DNA of 64,000 nucleotides from Escherichia coli (GTDB lineage Bacteria; Pseudomonadota; Gammaproteobacteria; Enterobacterales; Enterobacteriaceae): NCBI RefSeq assembly GCF_050320075.1, contig NZ_CP190018.1; one strand, 5' to 3'. Shown piece by piece: positions 60,058 to 64,000 of this stretch (position 1 is its first letter; each line of letters starts with the position of its first letter). The notes under the pieces were generated by a model. It saw only the letters and a program-made list of their open reading frames with translations, ran no database searches and was not told where the DNA came from. The position numbers and the translations under genes were made by a program.

Positions 60058-61356
60058 ATGGCTGAAAGTACTGTAACGGCAGACAGCAAACTGACAAGTA
60101 GTGATACTCGTCGCCGCATTTGGGCAATTGTGGGGGCCTCTTCAGGTAATCTGGTCGAGTGGTTCGATTTCTATGTCTACTCGTTCTGTTCACTCTACTT
60201 CGCTCACATCTTCTTCCCTTCCGGGAACACGACGACTCAACTACTGCAAACAGCAGGTGTTTTTGCTGCGGGATTTCTGATGCGCCCAATAGGCGGTTGG
60301 CTATTTGGCCGCATAGCCGATAAACATGGTCGCAAAAAATCGATGCTGTTATCGGTGTGTATGATGTGTTTCGGCTCACTGGTTATCGCCTGTTTGCCAG
60401 GCTACGAAACAATCGGTACCTGGGCTCCGGCATTATTGCTTCTTGCTCGCTTATTCCAGGGATTATCCGTTGGCGGAGAATATGGCACCAGCGCCACCTA
60501 TATGAGTGAAGTTGCCGTTGAAGGGCGCAAAGGTTTTTACGCATCATTTCAGTATGTGACGTTGATCGGCGGGCAACTGCTAGCTCTACTGGTTGTCGTG
60601 GTTTTACAACACACCATGGAAGACGCTGCACTCAGAGAGTGGGGATGGCGTATTCCTTTCGCGTTAGGAGCTGTGTTAGCTGTTGTGGCGTTGTGGTTAC
60701 GTCGTCAGTTAGATGAAACTTCACAACAAGAAACACGCGCTTTAAAAGAAGCTGGATCTCTGAAAGGATTATGGCGCAATCGCCGTGCATTCATCATGGT
60801 TCTCGGTTTTACCGCTGCGGGCTCCCTTTGTTTCTATACCTTCACCACTTATATGCAGAAGTATCTGGTAAATACTGCGGGAATGCATGCCAACGTGGCG
60901 AGTGGCATTATGACTGCCGCATTGTTTGTATTCATGCTTATTCAACCACTCATTGGCGCGCTGTCGGATAAGATTGGTCGTCGTACCTCAATGTTATGTT
61001 TCGGTTCTCTGGCAGCCATTTTTACCGTTCCTATTCTCTCAGCATTGCAAAACGTTTCCTCGCCTTATGCCGCTTTTGGTCTGGTGATGTGTGCCCTGCT
61101 GATCGTGAGTTTTTATACTTCAATCAGTGGAATACTGAAGGCTGAGATGTTCCCGGCACAGGTTCGTGCATTAGGTGTTGGTCTGTCATATGCGGTCGCC
61201 AATGCTATATTTGGTGGTTCGGCGGAGTACGTAGCGTTGTCGCTGAAATCAATAGGAATGGAAACAGCCTTCTTCTGGTATGTGACCTTGATGGCCGTGG
61301 TGGCGTTTCTGGTTTCTTTGATGCTACATCGCAAAGGGAAGGGGATGCGTCTTTAG
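60058..61356 (+). CDS. kgtP: alpha-ketoglutarate:H+ symporter (MFS)
   Basis: 432 aa from ATG 60058 ([41 protein letters not shown]...), AGGAGA SD 9 nt upstream; ORF track starts further upstream. Confidence 0.95.
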
Positions 61357-61676
61357 TGACGGGTCAGTTGCCAGACGGTATAGCCAGTAGTTGCACCGGC
61401 GACATCCCAGGTAAAATCTTTCCAGCTCCAGCCGCTCCCCTCGGGGCGGCTATCCCAAAGTTCTTTTGACGCCCCCAGCCCAACAGAGAACATCAGCCCG
61501 AAAGTGGCACTGCGATCGCGACTCATCCCCTGATGCTGTGCATATTCATTTCCGGCGGCGGAAAGCATCGCCGAGGCGATAAAGTGTTGAGCTTTATCCT
61601 GCCCGCTCCAGCTATCGTTAGCCATATGGCTGCATCCAGAAAGTAATAATAGCGAACAGACAAAAAGAATACGCAA
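61353..61676 (-). CDS. yfiM: lipoprotein YfiM
   Basis: 107 aa from in-frame TTG 61676 after GGAGG ([16 protein letters not shown] lipobox); ORF track start 61697 is also TTG. Confidence 0.75.
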
Positions 61677-61721
61677 AACGTGGCCTCCAAAAAACAAACC
61701 CCGTACAGGACGGGGTTGTGA

Positions 61722-63077
61722 TTACAGGATGCGGCTAATTAATCGGTCGATGCGGATACGGCGCAAACGACGGATGAGTTTACGAACCTTCACCGGATAA
61801 TCGGCAATACTTTGCAGGTCGCGATAGTGCTTAACGATGGTGGTATGCTCGCGGATCAGCTCCAGTTCTTTCTCTCGCTGTGGCGCAAGCTCCAGTTGCG
61901 GATCGTGGATCAAAATAGCGTTTTCCAGATCCAGACGCCAGGCGCGCGGGTTCAGGTTATTACCAGTGATCAACATCCACTTATCATCAACCCACATCCC
62001 TTTCAGGTGATAGGTGTTGTCGTCATCTTTCCATAACCGAACCACTAACTGGTCAGTGTTGACGTAATACTGCAAACGGCTCAGGAAACGACGCAGATTG
62101 ATCTCATAGAGATAAGGCAATGCGCCAATTATCTTGAAAGGTTCATCTTCCGGAATGTAGAAGTCATTCGCGGTTTTATCACCAACAATAATTTCGACCT
62201 TTTTCCCTTCGCGCAGCAACTGGATAATATTGCGCACAAGGATTGCTGGCAGGTTGAAGTAAGGTGTGCAGATGGTTAGTTTCTGCTCGGCACAAGGCAT
62301 AAGATGGAAAATGGTCTTGTTCAACAGACTCGATTTCCCCAGACCTACCAACGGCGTTACGGAAAGCTGATCGTTGTCGGCATCGCCCTGGAAATGATAA
62401 GCGGCATCACGCAGCTCCTGGCGGAACAGACGAATATCGTTCTTGATTTCCGGGCTTTTTGGCCGATTAACATCATCCAGACGATTAACGCCGCGGCCAT
62501 TCATAATATTCTGTGTAACCCATTCAAACATAATGTCTGACATCTTACGGTTACGGATAAGATGATAACGGTCGTAGCGATATTTATCGTGCTGATGCAG
62601 GTAAACATCGTTCAGGCTGGCACCGCTATAAAGTACGCTATCGTCGATGATAAAGCCTTTAAAGTGCAGAACACCAAGGGCTTCACGGGTATTGATTGGA
62701 ACGCCATAAACCGGAACATCTACGCCCGGATTTTCCTGCGCCATGCGGCAGTACCAGTCAGCGTTAGTGTTAGATGCCGCAGCGCCAATGCGTCCACGTT
62801 GTGCACGATGCCAGTCGACCAGCACCCGCACATCCAGTTCCGGACGCTGCCTTTTAGCCTCATACAACGCGTTCAGAATGCCTTTGCCACCGTCATCCTG
62901 TTCGAGATACAGGGCGACAATGCAAATGCGCTGCTTCGCGCTGGCTATTTTTTCCAGCAGCGTCTCCCGGAAGTCGGCGGGAGCGTAAAAGAAATCGACA
63001 TCATCAACTGATTGAGAAATCTTGGGTAGTTGGGCAAGGTGTTGTTGATGTTTATTACGCTTAAATTTTGACAACAT
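61722..63077 (-). CDS. pssA: CDP-diacylglycerol--serine O-phosphatidyltransferase (phosphatidylserine synthase)
   Basis: 451 aa from second Met (MLSKFKRNKHQQHLAQLPK...); PLD-type HKD motifs. Confidence 0.95.
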   Translation of the reverse strand: MLSKFKRNKHQQHLAQLPKISQSVDDVDFFYAPADFRETLLEKIASAKQRICIVALYLEQDDGGKGILNALYEAKRQRPELDVRVLVDWHRAQRGRIGAAASNTNADWYCRMAQENPGVDVPVYGVPINTREALGVLHFKGFIIDDSVLYSGASLNDVYLHQHDKYRYDRYHLIRNRKMSDIMFEWVTQNIMNGRGVNRLDDVNRPKSPEIKNDIRLFRQELRDAAYHFQGDADNDQLSVTPLVGLGKSSLLNKTIFHLMPCAEQKLTICTPYFNLPAILVRNIIQLLREGKKVEIIVGDKTANDFYIPEDEPFKIIGALPYLYEINLRRFLSRLQYYVNTDQLVVRLWKDDDNTYHLKGMWVDDKWMLITGNNLNPRAWRLDLENAILIHDPQLELAPQREKELELIREHTTIVKHYRDLQSIADYPVKVRKLIRRLRRIRIDRLISRIL

Positions 63078-63190
63078 CACAGTGCATTTCTTCTCTGTTC
63101 ATTGAAGGGTCCTCTGTGCAATGCAGACGACATAAGCGGGCAATAATAACACCAGTCCCGATTAAGTGGTCAACATTTCCAGTACCTTAC

Positions 63191-64000
63191 TCATGATTCC
63201 TCGCGCTGGGCAAGATTTAGCGTAAGCCCAACGATCCCCTCTTCGAGCTGGATATCAACGTTAAACCCGAGCTTGCGGGCCAGCGCCACCATGCCACGAT
63301 TGTTTGGCATCGTAATACCATTCAGACGTTGCAGTCCGTGATCTCGCGTATAGGTAATCAACTTTTCCATTAAGCGTCGACCTAAGCCTAACCCTTTGAG
63401 ATCCGAGCGAACCAGCACGGCAAATTCGGCATCGATGTTATCAGGGTCGGAGATCGCACGCGTGACGCCAAGGATCTCTTCCGTTTGATCAATACGTCGT
63501 ACCGCTACAAATGCCATTTCCCGATCGTAGTCGATCTGCGTCATGTTGGCTAAATCTTCATGGGTAAATTCGTTGATCTCGCTAAAGTAGCGGTAATAAA
63601 GATCTTCTTTGGTGACTCGCGAAATGAATTGCTGAAGTTGTGGCTCATCTTCTGGCAAAATCGGGCGGAACAAGCAGCGTTCACCGTTTTTCAATTCTAC
63701 CCATTCTTCCAGCTGATGCGGATAAGGGCGCACTGCCAGCCGACTCTCGTTATCGCCTTCAAACGGCGCGATATCCAGCGTGACATCCAGCGCGGTAAAT
63801 TCACTGCCAGAAGCCAGCAAAGGATGAATATCCAGACGCTGAATTTCCGGGCAATCGACAATCAAGTTAGAAACCTGCACCAGAAGCTGGCTCAAGCCTG
63901 CAACATCTAATGGGCGTAGCGCACTGCGCGCACGAATCTTTTTACTTTTGATCCCCTGAATAACCAGATAGCGGGCCAGGTTCATGTTCAGCGGCGGTAG
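63191..64000 (-). CDS. patZ: protein lysine acetyltransferase PatZ/YfiQ, C-terminal GNAT region only (gene continues past window end)
   Basis: Frame open from stop at 63191 to the window edge; C-terminal sequence ...MVALARKLGFNVDIQLEEGIVGLTLNLAQREES. Confidence 0.85.
   Translation of the reverse strand, partial: LPPLNMNLARYLVIQGIKSKKIRARSALRPLDVAGLSQLLVQVSNLIVDCPEIQRLDIHPLLASGSEFTALDVTLDIAPFEGDNESRLAVRPYPHQLEEWVELKNGERCLFRPILPEDEPQLQQFISRVTKEDLYYRYFSEINEFTHEDLANMTQIDYDREMAFVAVRRIDQTEEILGVTRAISDPDNIDAEFAVLVRSDLKGLGLGRRLMEKLITYTRDHGLQRLNGITMPNNRGMVALARKLGFNVDIQLEEGIVGLTLNLAQREES

Overview
This window looks like an E. coli K-12-type chromosome segment read in reverse orientation relative to K-12 numbering, with two accessory insertions. 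All identifications are from reading the sequence and ORF track and from recall; no database search was run. Order: (1) gabP (5' part), gabT, gabD, lhgO, csiD on the minus strand; (2) an AT-rich accessory segment anchored at a tRNA-Ile2 (ileY-like) gene, containing an apparently intact ygaQ-like GH13-family gene, a ypjC-like ORF pair split by one in-frame TAA, a pinH-like serine-recombinase remnant and a ypjA-like autotransporter; (3) an ~11.7 kb complete-looking P4-like satellite prophage integrated at the 3' end of ssrA (tmRNA), bounded by a 15-bp direct repeat, with integrase, a single large cargo gene, a cos site, psu, delta, sid, two TGTTCACC iteron clusters, vis/alpA-like regulator, small coupled ORFs and the 777-aa alpha primase; (4) conserved core genes smpB, ratA, ratB, bamE, recN, nadK, grpE, yfjD, ypjD, ffh, rpsP-rimM-trmD-rplS, yfiB-dgcN-yfiR, yfiL, aroF-tyrA, pheL-pheA, raiA, bamD, rluD, yfiH, clpB; (5) an rrnG-type rRNA operon (16S, tRNA-Glu, 23S, 5S); (6) an IS3-family element (IS1397-like) inserted in a REP palindromic unit with a TGGC duplication; (7) kgtP, yfiM, pssA and the 3' part of patZ. 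The most interesting object is the 908-aa minus-strand gene at 24350..27076 in the P4 psu/cos-int variable slot. It carries NB-ARC/STAND NTPase motifs (Walker A, Walker B, sensor-I-like, GLPL-like), an N-terminal domain with an Rx4H motif, helical repeats and a C-terminal cold-shock/OB-fold-like segment, and it is visibly AT-rich against a GC-rich P4 core. I propose it as a candidate single-gene anti-phage defence system; I cannot assign it to a named family from sequence alone. No CRISPR array was seen.
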